From an archaeon (lineage in GTDB: Archaea > Nanobdellota > Nanobdellia > Pacearchaeales > GW2011-AR1), in the NCBI GenBank assembly GCA_038121585.1, contig JAYONY010000002.1, positions 95,341 to 159,340 on the forward strand: a stretch of 64,000 nt of DNA. Reading direction: 5' to 3'. Position numbers and translations under genes: made by a program. How positions within the stretch are numbered: position 1 is the stretch's first letter; each line of letters begins with the position of its first letter. Shown here piece after piece: positions 29,562 to 37,618 of this stretch. The notes under the pieces are model-generated. The model had not been told where the DNA came from. It saw nothing but the letters and a program-made list of their open reading frames with translations, and did no database searches.

Positions 29562-29662
29562 CTAGCATAATCATTGAATGAATGTATATAAAAATTTCTG
29601 TGCGGATAACCTCAAAAACATCATGTTTTTTGTGAACGTCGCTGACATGATGTTTTTTGTGT

Positions 29663-29919
29663 AAGGTTAACGATTGTTAACCTTTCTGGCCTTCGGCCGT
29701 AGTGCTGTTATTGCAATACAGCCAGCCTTTCGTAGGCTGGTAAGGCTCTCGAGAGCCTAGTCTCGCCCCAAAGCGAGACCTGTATTGACAATTCTTTCGT
29801 GGCACTCCCAACGCGCAATAAACGAGCGTATAATGAAAATCTAACTTTTGCGAGGCGTGCTAACGGCTTCGCAAAAGCAAAGATTGCTATTATAGAACGA
29901 AGAGGCATTAGTTGGGAGT
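29663..29919. other. Hairpin-dense GC-rich segment: candidate structured ncRNA or replication origin
   Basis: Six local hairpins plus a 9-bp long-range pairing (29804..29812 with 29911..29919) that encloses a 12-bp stem (29845..29856 / 29866..29877). The only ORF here is Arg/Leu-rich junk. Confidence 0.45.
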
Positions 29920-29981
29920 AATGGGTCGTCCGTAGAAATAATACTATTATACTCTCTTTTTAGTATCATTTTATACTATAT

Positions 29982-31283
29982 TTATGGACGGATATGATTA
30001 GTAAATATTTCTGAATCGAAAGGTAGTGTTTCCTTCGCTTTCCAGAAGTAATAATACTTATCTGGATAAGTGGTGGGTTCATTTCTACAATCTATAATTC
30101 CAACATTCTGTAAGACACTACATTCTCGCATTACCGTTGATTTTCCTATTTTTATTCTGTGAGCTATTTTGGTAGTGCTCAAATCTCCGTCCGTGTCAAT
30201 TAGTAGTGCTAAAATCTTTACTCTTGTAGGAAATGCTGAGCTTTTTGCGATATGCCAGAGTATTCGTAGCGCTGTTGATTCTGGATAGTTTTCCTCAAGA
30301 CTCATTAGGCAGATGTACATTCTCTTGAGTTGTTTTGCTATTCTGGTTGGTTCTTCTGGGTAAACTTGATTTCGTAATTCTTGGGTATAGTTATCAAATT
30401 CTGCAGTTGCTCTCATTAGAGAAATAAAAATAGCGATAGCTTTGATTTCTTTAAGTGTTTTCGGAGTGATAGTTTTCCTATTGATTTCAGTTTTTGTTAT
30501 GAAATCTGTTGTAGTTTTTTGAAGTAATTTCTTTATTTTTTCTTCTGCTTCTTCGTTTTTGAAGCAGCGTTCTATGAGAGTTTCTTTGTCCGCACTCCCT
30601 TTTGTTCTGTAGATAAGTTCTCTTGTTCCTAGGTCTTGGTGGATTAGTATTTGACCATCAATAACTGGTGTACTGCCGCCTAAGAGGGTAATTTTAAGGT
30701 CTTTGTAGTTTGCTCTACTGCCTTGTCCGGATATTTTTCCTGCATGTCCATCATAAAGGTCTCTAAGTTGTGCCCAAACTTGTGCTTTGTCAACTGGTGG
30801 CAGTTTTAGTATTTGGGACATGTCAGGGATAATAACTATTTTATTGTTCAATTCAGGCGCAAGGTCAGGATACTCTTTTTTGTTCTTATGCCCATTAGCT
30901 AATGTTTTTGCTGTAAGATTGTGTAAAACAAATACCTCGTCTCCCCTAATTGCATTTAGTTGAACGCTTTTCATGTCTCCACTTGGTCCTACAAGTAAGA
31001 GCCACAAGGGAATTCCTTCTAACTTTCTACTAAGGGCAGTTGCTAACACAACATCAATCCTATCGGTATCTTCTATATGGAGATTTTCCTTGTAAATTCT
31101 GTGAAGGTTTTGCAGATTAATTGATTCATATTCTTCTTCACTATATTCTGTTGCTAATAATATTGGTAATGGGTTTTCACAACATTTGAAATCGCTAACA
31201 TCTCTTTCCCTATCTTTTATGAACATAGACTTACAATTCTTACATTCAAACTTGTTTTTAGGGGTAATGGATTCATTACTCAT
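29982..31283 (-). CDS. Putative element replication protein: Zn ribbon + deviant P-loop NTPase + C-terminal wHTH
   Basis: CKNCKS..x..CCENP, GPSGDMKS (Walker-A-like), KIVIIPDMSQ (Walker-B-like), C-terminal KIGKSTVMRECSVLQNVGIID. Confidence 0.45.
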   Translation of the reverse strand: MSNESITPKNKFECKNCKSMFIKDRERDVSDFKCCENPLPILLATEYSEEEYESINLQNLHRIYKENLHIEDTDRIDVVLATALSRKLEGIPLWLLLVGPSGDMKSVQLNAIRGDEVFVLHNLTAKTLANGHKNKKEYPDLAPELNNKIVIIPDMSQILKLPPVDKAQVWAQLRDLYDGHAGKISGQGSRANYKDLKITLLGGSTPVIDGQILIHQDLGTRELIYRTKGSADKETLIERCFKNEEAEEKIKKLLQKTTTDFITKTEINRKTITPKTLKEIKAIAIFISLMRATAEFDNYTQELRNQVYPEEPTRIAKQLKRMYICLMSLEENYPESTALRILWHIAKSSAFPTRVKILALLIDTDGDLSTTKIAHRIKIGKSTVMRECSVLQNVGIIDCRNEPTTYPDKYYYFWKAKETLPFDSEIFTNHIRP

Positions 31284-31507
31284 TTTAGCCTCACTCCATG
31301 AAATGGTACGATTTCAAGAACATCCATTTCTTGCAATGTGCTGAGTAATTCCCATGCATCTTTTTTTGTTATAGAAAATGAACGGCAAATTGATTCAAAG
31401 ACCAAAGGGAATCTAATTATCTCACGAGTGCCTTTGCATCGCTGAATGCGTTGCAATGCTATTTTGTATAGTCCTTGTGTTTTATTAGCTAGCTTTTGGT
31501 TCTTCAT
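31280..31507 (-). CDS. Small conserved element protein (wHTH-like), homolog of 52140..52469
   Basis: GLYKIALQRIQRCKGTREIIRFPLVFESICRSFSITKKDAWELLSTLQEMDVLEIVPFHGVRL aligns with GLYTILFRRLEEIRKDCHKEIIPFPVLFEKLCRNFSISKQECWDILFMLRDVGLIEIVPYRGVKF. Confidence 0.5.
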   Translation of the reverse strand: MKNQKLANKTQGLYKIALQRIQRCKGTREIIRFPLVFESICRSFSITKKDAWELLSTLQEMDVLEIVPFHGVRLK

Positions 31508-31558
31508 TTGGTTTGTTCTGAGGGGTTTTTCCCTCTTCTTTAATTTGTAAGATGATGC

Positions 31559-31699
31559 TTACCCACTCTGCTGTTTCTCTTTTTTCTTGTTCCATGAGTA
31601 AGATTTGCATTTCGGGCATGACAATGGGTTTTCGAGCTTGGAATACCAATCATGGTCGCATTTTTTGCATTCGTGGTTTTTGAGTGTGATTGCTTTCAT
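31559..31699 (-). CDS. Small zinc-ribbon protein
   Basis: Trimmed to ATG 31699. CKKC-x14-CPKC. Confidence 0.4.
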   Translation of the reverse strand: MKAITLKNHECKKCDHDWYSKLENPLSCPKCKSYSWNKKKEKQQSG

Positions 31700-31759
31700 A
31701 TTATGATGATAATCAGTAGGTTTAAGAAGACTATTGTCTTGGCTAAATTGGTCATAACT

Positions 31760-32311
31760 ATGAAAAGACTTAGCCATAACCAAAAGCAACTTAGCAAAAT
31801 ATCTCACAGAATAAAGCGAAGAGCTGAAGTTGAAAATCTTATCATGGGGGCTTTGAAGAAAGAAGATGATTTGACTATAGCTCAGCTAGTAGAAAAAACA
31901 GGTTTGTCACGTGGCAATGCGAAGCACTATTTGAAGAACCTTATGAAACGTAAGTTTGTTATTGGAAAGCGCCAAAATGACATCCATGGAAGGCCTACAT
32001 TTCTTCGATTGAACAAAAAGGAAATTGAAAAGCGTCAAAAACAGAGTTTTAGGTCATTTGAAGATTTTGAAACTCACCATTTGAAATCTATTGTTACAAT
32101 GAAAATACTTGATGAGGTATCTAACCAGCAAGACCCCCAAGTGCAAACAAAAAAGATTTTACAACTATTTAAAAAATTTAGATTAGAAAGTTTTGGAGAA
32201 AAACTTACATTCCTAATGTATTCTGACTATATTAAGTTAAATTACGAATTTGAGCTCACTGAGAAAGGTAAAAAATATTTGAAGAAAACTAAACAGAAAT
32301 CTTCTGCTTAA
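31760..32311 (+). CDS. Winged-helix DNA-binding protein
   Basis: Trimmed to ATG 31760. LTIAQLVEKTGLSRGNAKHYLKNLMKRKFV. Confidence 0.5.
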   Translation: MKRLSHNQKQLSKISHRIKRRAEVENLIMGALKKEDDLTIAQLVEKTGLSRGNAKHYLKNLMKRKFVIGKRQNDIHGRPTFLRLNKKEIEKRQKQSFRSFEDFETHHLKSIVTMKILDEVSNQQDPQVQTKKILQLFKKFRLESFGEKLTFLMYSDYIKLNYEFELTEKGKKYLKKTKQKSSA

Positions 32312-33464
32312 TCAATTTCAAAATCTCTTTGTCTTTCAATAAAGCATTCATAATATCGTCTGCTTGTACACGTTCTAGCTCGTTTTTGATTTTCTTATTT
32401 GCTTCTTGCTCATTAAGTATCATACCGCACGTCTTACAGAATTTGTTTGTGACTTCGTTAACTGTCTTGCAACGAACGCATTTTTGAGGTAGGAGTTCTT
32501 GCTTCTTTTCTTCCTCTTGCACTTCTACACCGCTTAATTTTAGTATTGCATTATCAGTGTCTCGTCCTGATAAGTGAACGTATACGCCTGCCATTTTACT
32601 GGACTGCGTCCATCCTAGATAGTCTTTCATTTGTGCTTCTGTCAAGTGCTTAGCTAAGTACGTTGCGCGACTGTGACGGAATAGGTGCGGGTAGACTCGT
32701 TTCTTAATCCCAGCTTTTAAAGCACAGCTCTTGAGTATTGCAGCTATGCGAGTATACGTTAATGGTTCTCCATTGGGTTTTGTCCAAATATAACTATCAG
32801 GTATGCCGTTATTCTTATGACGATTAACCCATTCTTGCACGTACGGTGCTGATTGCACGATTCGAATTCTTCGAGCTCCTGTCTTGCCCGAAACGGTTAC
32901 TCGTGCTCCATGTTCGTCAAACGTGATGTCTTTCATACGCATTGAACCTATTTCTCCTATGCGGCAGCCAGACTCGTAGAGGATGGAAAGTAATGCACGG
33001 TCTCGTAGTGTATTGGCGGAGCCAATCATTAGTTTTACCTCTTCCTCACTCATGAGTTCATCAGGTAGTTTCTTGTGGTTGTTCTTTACGCCTGTCCTTA
33101 GCCATCGTATCTTCTCAGGGTACACGCCTTTTTCGTCAATGCCTTCGATGTAACGGTATAATTTCTTAATCATGACTTTGAATGTGTGTTTTGTGTGAGG
33201 GCTCCATTCTTTCTTTTCTATAGTGGCAACTGCAGCCTGTAAGTCCTCTTTTGTTGCGTCAGCGAGGTCGCAATTCATTATTTGAGCGAGTCTGAAAGCA
33301 TCATACAGGTATCGTTCTATTTTACAGATGCCTAGACCATCAGTGAAACAAAAGTTATGGAATGCTTCTAGTAAATCTTTATTCTTTTGAGAAATGTCTG
33401 ACTGTCGAACGTTGTTGAGTGTTCGGTCAAGTCGCTTTTTGTAGTTGTGAATGTCGAGTGCCAT
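32289..33464 (-). CDS. Tyrosine recombinase/integrase with C-terminal zinc ribbon
   Basis: ESGCRIGEI (Arg I), HLFRHSRATYLA (HxxR), GW..MAGVYVHL (Tyr), CVRC..x..CKTC. Confidence 0.85.
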   Translation of the reverse strand: MALDIHNYKKRLDRTLNNVRQSDISQKNKDLLEAFHNFCFTDGLGICKIERYLYDAFRLAQIMNCDLADATKEDLQAAVATIEKKEWSPHTKHTFKVMIKKLYRYIEGIDEKGVYPEKIRWLRTGVKNNHKKLPDELMSEEEVKLMIGSANTLRDRALLSILYESGCRIGEIGSMRMKDITFDEHGARVTVSGKTGARRIRIVQSAPYVQEWVNRHKNNGIPDSYIWTKPNGEPLTYTRIAAILKSCALKAGIKKRVYPHLFRHSRATYLAKHLTEAQMKDYLGWTQSSKMAGVYVHLSGRDTDNAILKLSGVEVQEEEKKQELLPQKCVRCKTVNEVTNKFCKTCGMILNEQEANKKIKNELERVQADDIMNALLKDKEILKLIKQKISV

Positions 33465-33521
33465 GATTTCGTACTTTGTTGTTTGCTATTAAACAACGTA
33501 GTACGTTCTCTTTTCTACTAC

Positions 33522-33533
33522 ACGCCCCAACCG
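33522..33533 (+). repeat. att-like core copy 2 (ACGCCCCAACCG)
   Basis: Exact 12-mer about 60 nt upstream of the integrase start codon (33464). Confidence 0.7.
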
Positions 33534-33604
33534 TGGAGCCTGTGAATTTTCAACGTCCTTTCCGACGTGAGGTATTGCTTATTATTCAATAGGGGTTGTT
33601 GTAT

Positions 33605-35539
33605 TTATAGTTTTGTTTTTCTGAGTAAGTTTGCGTTTGTTACAACAGTGATGCTTGATGCTGCCATGGCTATTTCTGCGATGATTGGGTGCAATACTCC
33701 TGCAATAGCTAACGGGATAGCAACTACATTATATGCGAATGCCCAGAAGAGGTTTTGTTTGATTTTACGAAATGTTCCTTTTGAGAGGTTTATTGCTTGA
33801 GGGATACTAATGAGGGATCCGTTTGCTGAGACAATATCTCCTGCTTCTATTGCAATGTCTGTTCCAGTACCCATTGCAATACCTACATTTGCTTGCTTAA
33901 GCGCTGGAGCGTCATTGACCCCATCACCAACAAACGCTACCATCCCTTTTTGTTGTAATTCCATTACTTTCTTTGATTTATCTTCAGGCAATACATTCGC
34001 AATAACCTCGTCAATACCAACTGATTTCGCAATTGCTTTCGCGGTTCGTTCATTGTCTCCTGTGAGTATGACTGTTTTGTATCCTTGTTTTTGTAAATAG
34101 GCGATGACTTTTTTCGCTTCTTCTTTTGGGCTGTCTGCAACTGCAATCGCTCCAATAGCTTTCTTCCCTTCAGCAATAATCATGGTGGTCTTACCTTCGT
34201 TTTCAAATTGCGTAACTGTTTCTTTTACTGATTTTGTGTTGATGTTTTTGTCTTGCATTAATCGTTCATTTCCAATAGTGTATGATAGTTTACCTATTGT
34301 TCCGATAACTCCCTTTCCTCTGATGATTGAAAATTTTGTTACTTTTTTTGGTGTTTTGAGCTTTGCATAGTTTACTATTGCTTTGCCAACTGGGTGTTCT
34401 GATAAGTTCTCTATTGAGGCTGCAATTTCAACCATTGCTTTCTCTTGTTTTTTAGTTACTGCGAATACGTCTGTCACGACAGGTTTTCCATGCGTGAGTG
34501 TTCCTGTTTTATCGAATACGATTGTTTTGATTTCTTTCATGGTTTGTATTGCTTCTCCTTTGCGAATGAGTATTCCTTTTTTCGCGCCCATGCCGCTTCC
34601 GACCATGAGTGCTATGGGGGTTGCAAGTCCTAATGAGCATGGACATGCTATAACAAGCACTGCTATAGCCACCCCTACAGAGCGACTGAGGTCTCCGGTA
34701 ATGAGTATCCAGGCAAGAAATGTAATTGCTGATAGGACTAGAATTATTGGGACGAACACACTCGTTATTTTGTCAGCTACTTTTTGGATGGGTACTTTGG
34801 TTCCTTGTGCTTCTTCAACTAGTTCGATAATATGTGCTAAGAAGGTGTCTTCTCCGACTTTTGTCGCTTTGACATATAATATTCCATCTTGATTGATTGT
34901 TGCTCCAATGACTGAACTCCCTTTCGTTTTATCAACGGGAATACTCTCACCGGTTACCATTGCTTCATCTACTGCACTATTTCCTTTTGTTACAATGCCG
35001 TCTGTGGGGATTTTTTCTCCTGGTTTTATTATCATTATGTCTCCTACTGTGAGTTCTGTAATTGCTATTTCAACTTCTTCTTTGCCACGTAGTACTCGTG
35101 CTTTTTTTGCGCCTAGTTCGAGTAGTTTCATGATTTCTTTTGATGCACGGCCTCGTGCTTTTGCTTCTACAAATTTGCCGGTGATAAAAATGGTCATTAT
35201 CATTGAGCTTACTCCTGAGTAATCTTGTGAGAGTTCAAAGTATGCGAAAAATCCTGTGAGGTATGCTATGACTGTGCCTAGGGCGATGAGGGAGTCCATG
35301 TTAAAGTAGAATGTAAAGAGTCCTCGAAAGCCCATTTTTACAGTGTTCCATCCTACGATGAAGATTATGGGGAATCCAAGTACTAGTAGCACAATTGGCA
35401 TCATGTTCATTGGGACAATATGCACTCCAAATAGCATGCCTGCATACATGATTATCATTATGGGGATAGTTAGAGCCCATGCTGCTATCATTTTGCGCTT
35501 CCACATGCGGCTTTCTAGTTCTTCAATGGAGTCGGGCAT
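33605..35539 (-). CDS. copA: Copper-translocating P1B-type ATPase (no fused HMA domain)
   Basis: TGES, CPC ([13 protein letters not shown]), DKTGTLT, GDGVNDAP. Confidence 0.9.
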   Translation of the reverse strand: MPDSIEELESRMWKRKMIAAWALTIPIMIIMYAGMLFGVHIVPMNMMPIVLLVLGFPIIFIVGWNTVKMGFRGLFTFYFNMDSLIALGTVIAYLTGFFAYFELSQDYSGVSSMIMTIFITGKFVEAKARGRASKEIMKLLELGAKKARVLRGKEEVEIAITELTVGDIMIIKPGEKIPTDGIVTKGNSAVDEAMVTGESIPVDKTKGSSVIGATINQDGILYVKATKVGEDTFLAHIIELVEEAQGTKVPIQKVADKITSVFVPIILVLSAITFLAWILITGDLSRSVGVAIAVLVIACPCSLGLATPIALMVGSGMGAKKGILIRKGEAIQTMKEIKTIVFDKTGTLTHGKPVVTDVFAVTKKQEKAMVEIAASIENLSEHPVGKAIVNYAKLKTPKKVTKFSIIRGKGVIGTIGKLSYTIGNERLMQDKNINTKSVKETVTQFENEGKTTMIIAEGKKAIGAIAVADSPKEEAKKVIAYLQKQGYKTVILTGDNERTAKAIAKSVGIDEVIANVLPEDKSKKVMELQQKGMVAFVGDGVNDAPALKQANVGIAMGTGTDIAIEAGDIVSANGSLISIPQAINLSKGTFRKIKQNLFWAFAYNVVAIPLAIAGVLHPIIAEIAMAASSITVVTNANLLRKTKL

Positions 35540-35745
35540 TATTCTACTACCTTGTAGCCTACTGCAGCAACTGCCTTTTTGAGATCTTCAAGTTTTACAT
35601 CATCTTCTACTTCAATGATTGCTTTGTGTGTCATGACACTGACGCTGACGCTGGTTACGCCAGGCACTTTTTTCAAACTCTTTTCAACGTTTCCCCCGCA
35701 CGCAGCGCAGTGCATGCCTGTAATAGCTAATTTTATTTTCTTCAT
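35539..35745 (-). CDS. copZ: Copper chaperone, HMA domain
   Basis: [15 protein letters not shown]. Its stop overlaps the copA start. Confidence 0.85.
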   Translation of the reverse strand: MKKIKLAITGMHCAACGGNVEKSLKKVPGVTSVSVSVMTHKAIIEVEDDVKLEDLKKAVAAVGYKVVE

Positions 35746-36236
35746 GGTTTCCCTCCTTTTTTCTTTTGTTTAGGAATTTCACAATGAATTTTTTTTGTAA
35801 GGTTGTAATAGCTAAATCCGAGTAGTGCAATGATTGCGAGTTGGATTTCAATACCTCCTAGGGGGAGTACTGCAAAACTAAACGTAATACCAAAAATGCC
35901 TAGGATAAGTGGGAGAATGCCTCCAACGCAGATTGGACAGACTCCCACCGCCATCCCTCCAACCGCACCAACGCTTGCAAGCACTGATGATTTCTTACTT
36001 CCCCGCCGAAGTTTAAATCCATGATAGATATAGCATCCGTTAATGCCAATAAGTGCTGCAATGATGAGCGAGAGAATAAGTGAGGTGATGAGTTTGAACC
36101 AATTAGTTGTTGCTGCGTATTGCATCGCAATTTCAAGACTAATCCAGAAGTCAGTAATGTACGACACGAACCCAAAGTACGCTATGAACAATACTATGAA
36201 AATATAGATGTACGGTTTTTGTAGGATAAGCTTCAT
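35742..36236 (-). CDS. Four-TM membrane protein with intramembrane CPxC motif
   Basis: GVCPICVGG; paralog 55943..56422 has GVCPVCVGG. Confidence 0.5.
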   Translation of the reverse strand: MKLILQKPYIYIFIVLFIAYFGFVSYITDFWISLEIAMQYAATTNWFKLITSLILSLIIAALIGINGCYIYHGFKLRRGSKKSSVLASVGAVGGMAVGVCPICVGGILPLILGIFGITFSFAVLPLGGIEIQLAIIALLGFSYYNLTKKIHCEIPKQKKKGGKP

Positions 36237-36457
36237 TGTTTCTCCTGTAGTTGCTTAACGAGCCATACAATAAATAAGACAAGTGCAATAATAACAAGCA
36301 CCATGAGTAAAGGGCCGAAAAAACCACCCATAAAGTACGAGCTTCCCATCATGCCGTAGCCCATCATGCCAAACCCTCCTCCGAATAGGAGAATCACGAG
36401 TAGAATTAGTCCTCCAATAATGAGTGCTTGTGAAGTATCCTCTTTTTTGCGTGCCAT
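36233..36457 (-). CDS. Small membrane protein with Gly/Met-rich segment
   Basis: GGGFGMMGYGMMGSSYFMGGFFGP lies between two helices. Confidence 0.5.
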   Translation of the reverse strand: MARKKEDTSQALIIGGLILLVILLFGGGFGMMGYGMMGSSYFMGGFFGPLLMVLVIIALVLFIVWLVKQLQEKQ

Positions 36458-36459
36458 GA

Positions 36460-36846
36460 TTACTTGACGATCAGTTTCCCTTGTCCCATGCCCATACTAC
36501 AAGCGAATACGTATGTTCCTGGTGTATCAGGCGTGAAGGTAAGTGCATCATTTGCAGTTGCTAAGTATTTATTGATACCTAAGCTTCGAATGGTAAAATC
36601 TCGAAAACAACCGAACACACTATCATCAAGTCGAATACTCACTGGTTTGCCAGCTTCAACCTCAACACTTTCTGGATAATAATTATAATCCTTATAACTC
36701 AAAACAACTTCTTGCGTTGTTCCGTCAGATGGTAGTGCGACAGCATTTCCAGATAGTGCTGGTGTATCTTTACCGCTCACTAAGAAAAATCCAGCTACTA
36801 CAATTACTGCGAAAATTGCAATTCCGTACTTTGTTGTTTTTTCCAT
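36460..36846 (-). CDS. Membrane-anchored cupredoxin-like domain protein (Cupredoxin_1-type)
   Basis: YNYYPESVEVEAGKPV and YVFACSMGMGQGKLIV. Paralog at 56576..56962. Confidence 0.65.
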   Translation of the reverse strand: MEKTTKYGIAIFAVIVVAGFFLVSGKDTPALSGNAVALPSDGTTQEVVLSYKDYNYYPESVEVEAGKPVSIRLDDSVFGCFRDFTIRSLGINKYLATANDALTFTPDTPGTYVFACSMGMGQGKLIVK

Positions 36847-36848
36847 TG

Positions 36849-37532
36849 TTACTGAAAGAGCAAACTGCGTGGCCCGTACACCATGAGCCAGGTTGTTGTA
36901 ATCGTGAGTATAAAGCTCAGGAATACTGTGAGAAACTGATCCTCCTTTTTAGTTCTTTGCTCTCCGCGTGTTTCTGTATAGAGCATGTAATTAAGACCTA
37001 CTAGAATTGCACCGCATATAAGGAACATAATTGCACCCGCTACTTTAAGCGGTTCATTAATCATCATAACAGCAGTCATTGCGCCCATGAGGCCTCCCAT
37101 AAAGCCTGCCATGAGTCCTTCCATAGCGCCCATAACCCCACAGCACTTACCGTTCCATACTCCTAAGAAAATACCTACGGTCATGCCATAGATGCCTCCG
37201 TAAAACATACCGTTTGTCGCACCAGTATAGAATCCTGCTAAAAAGCCTGCCATCATACCAATAGTCATGCCAATCATCATGCCAGTCATGCAGGGGAATT
37301 GTTTGAACGCACGCACTTGTCGCATTGAAGGCAGAATTAGTGCGTAACTCAGAGCTGCAAAGAATAACCAGAAACCGTAGCGTGGAAGGAAATCGGTAAC
37401 TGTTCTAAGTTTTACAATGTAGAGTATGCCAAGTGTTAGAAATGATGTAACGAGTGAAATGAAAATTGTCTTAATTAACTCTCCTTCAACGCCTTCGCCA
37501 TTCAAGGCTTTTGTAAATTCTTTGAAGCTCAT
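36849..37532 (-). CDS. Uncharacterised Met/Gly-rich polytopic membrane protein
   Basis: MTGMMIGMTIGMMAGFLAGFYTGATNGMFYGG, KCCGVMGAMEGLMAGFMGGLMGAMT. Paralog at 56987..57670. Confidence 0.55.
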   Translation of the reverse strand: MSFKEFTKALNGEGVEGELIKTIFISLVTSFLTLGILYIVKLRTVTDFLPRYGFWLFFAALSYALILPSMRQVRAFKQFPCMTGMMIGMTIGMMAGFLAGFYTGATNGMFYGGIYGMTVGIFLGVWNGKCCGVMGAMEGLMAGFMGGLMGAMTAVMMINEPLKVAGAIMFLICGAILVGLNYMLYTETRGEQRTKKEDQFLTVFLSFILTITTTWLMVYGPRSLLFQ

Positions 37533-37570
37533 GAGTGCATTAGTCTTCTTGATTTATTTAAGCGCTTGTG

Positions 37571-37584
37571 TGAAACTAGTTTCA
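37571..37584. promoter_or_regulatory. Perfect palindrome TGAAACTAGTTTCA between divergent TATA boxes (candidate operator, cassette A)
   Basis: Located 9 nt from TTAAATAAA (minus-strand operon) and 7 nt from TTTAAAC (regulator gene). Confidence 0.6.
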
Positions 37585-37591
37585 TAAGACA

Positions 37592-37598
37592 TTTAAAC
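37592..37598 (+). promoter_or_regulatory. TATA-like box (TTTAAAC), centred about 24 nt upstream of ATG 37619
   Basis: Position relative to the start codon. Confidence 0.4.
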
Positions 37599-37618
37599 TT
37601 GAGAACGTCAGTGTAGCA

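Larger units (their letters stand above)
27553..33533. mobile_element. E1: integrated plasmid/provirus-like element (about 6 kb)
   Basis: Bounded by 12-mer copies 1 and 2. A tyrosine recombinase sits at the right end. Also carries a P-loop replication-like gene, small Zn-ribbon and wHTH genes, and a hairpin-dense region. Confidence 0.65.

Noticed and set aside
29708-29908. 66-aa minus-strand ORF in the hairpin-dense E1 region.
   Set aside because: It has Arg/Leu/Ala-rich composition typical of a GC-rich structured region read as protein. It spans consecutive palindromes and has no promoter-like box at the right distance.
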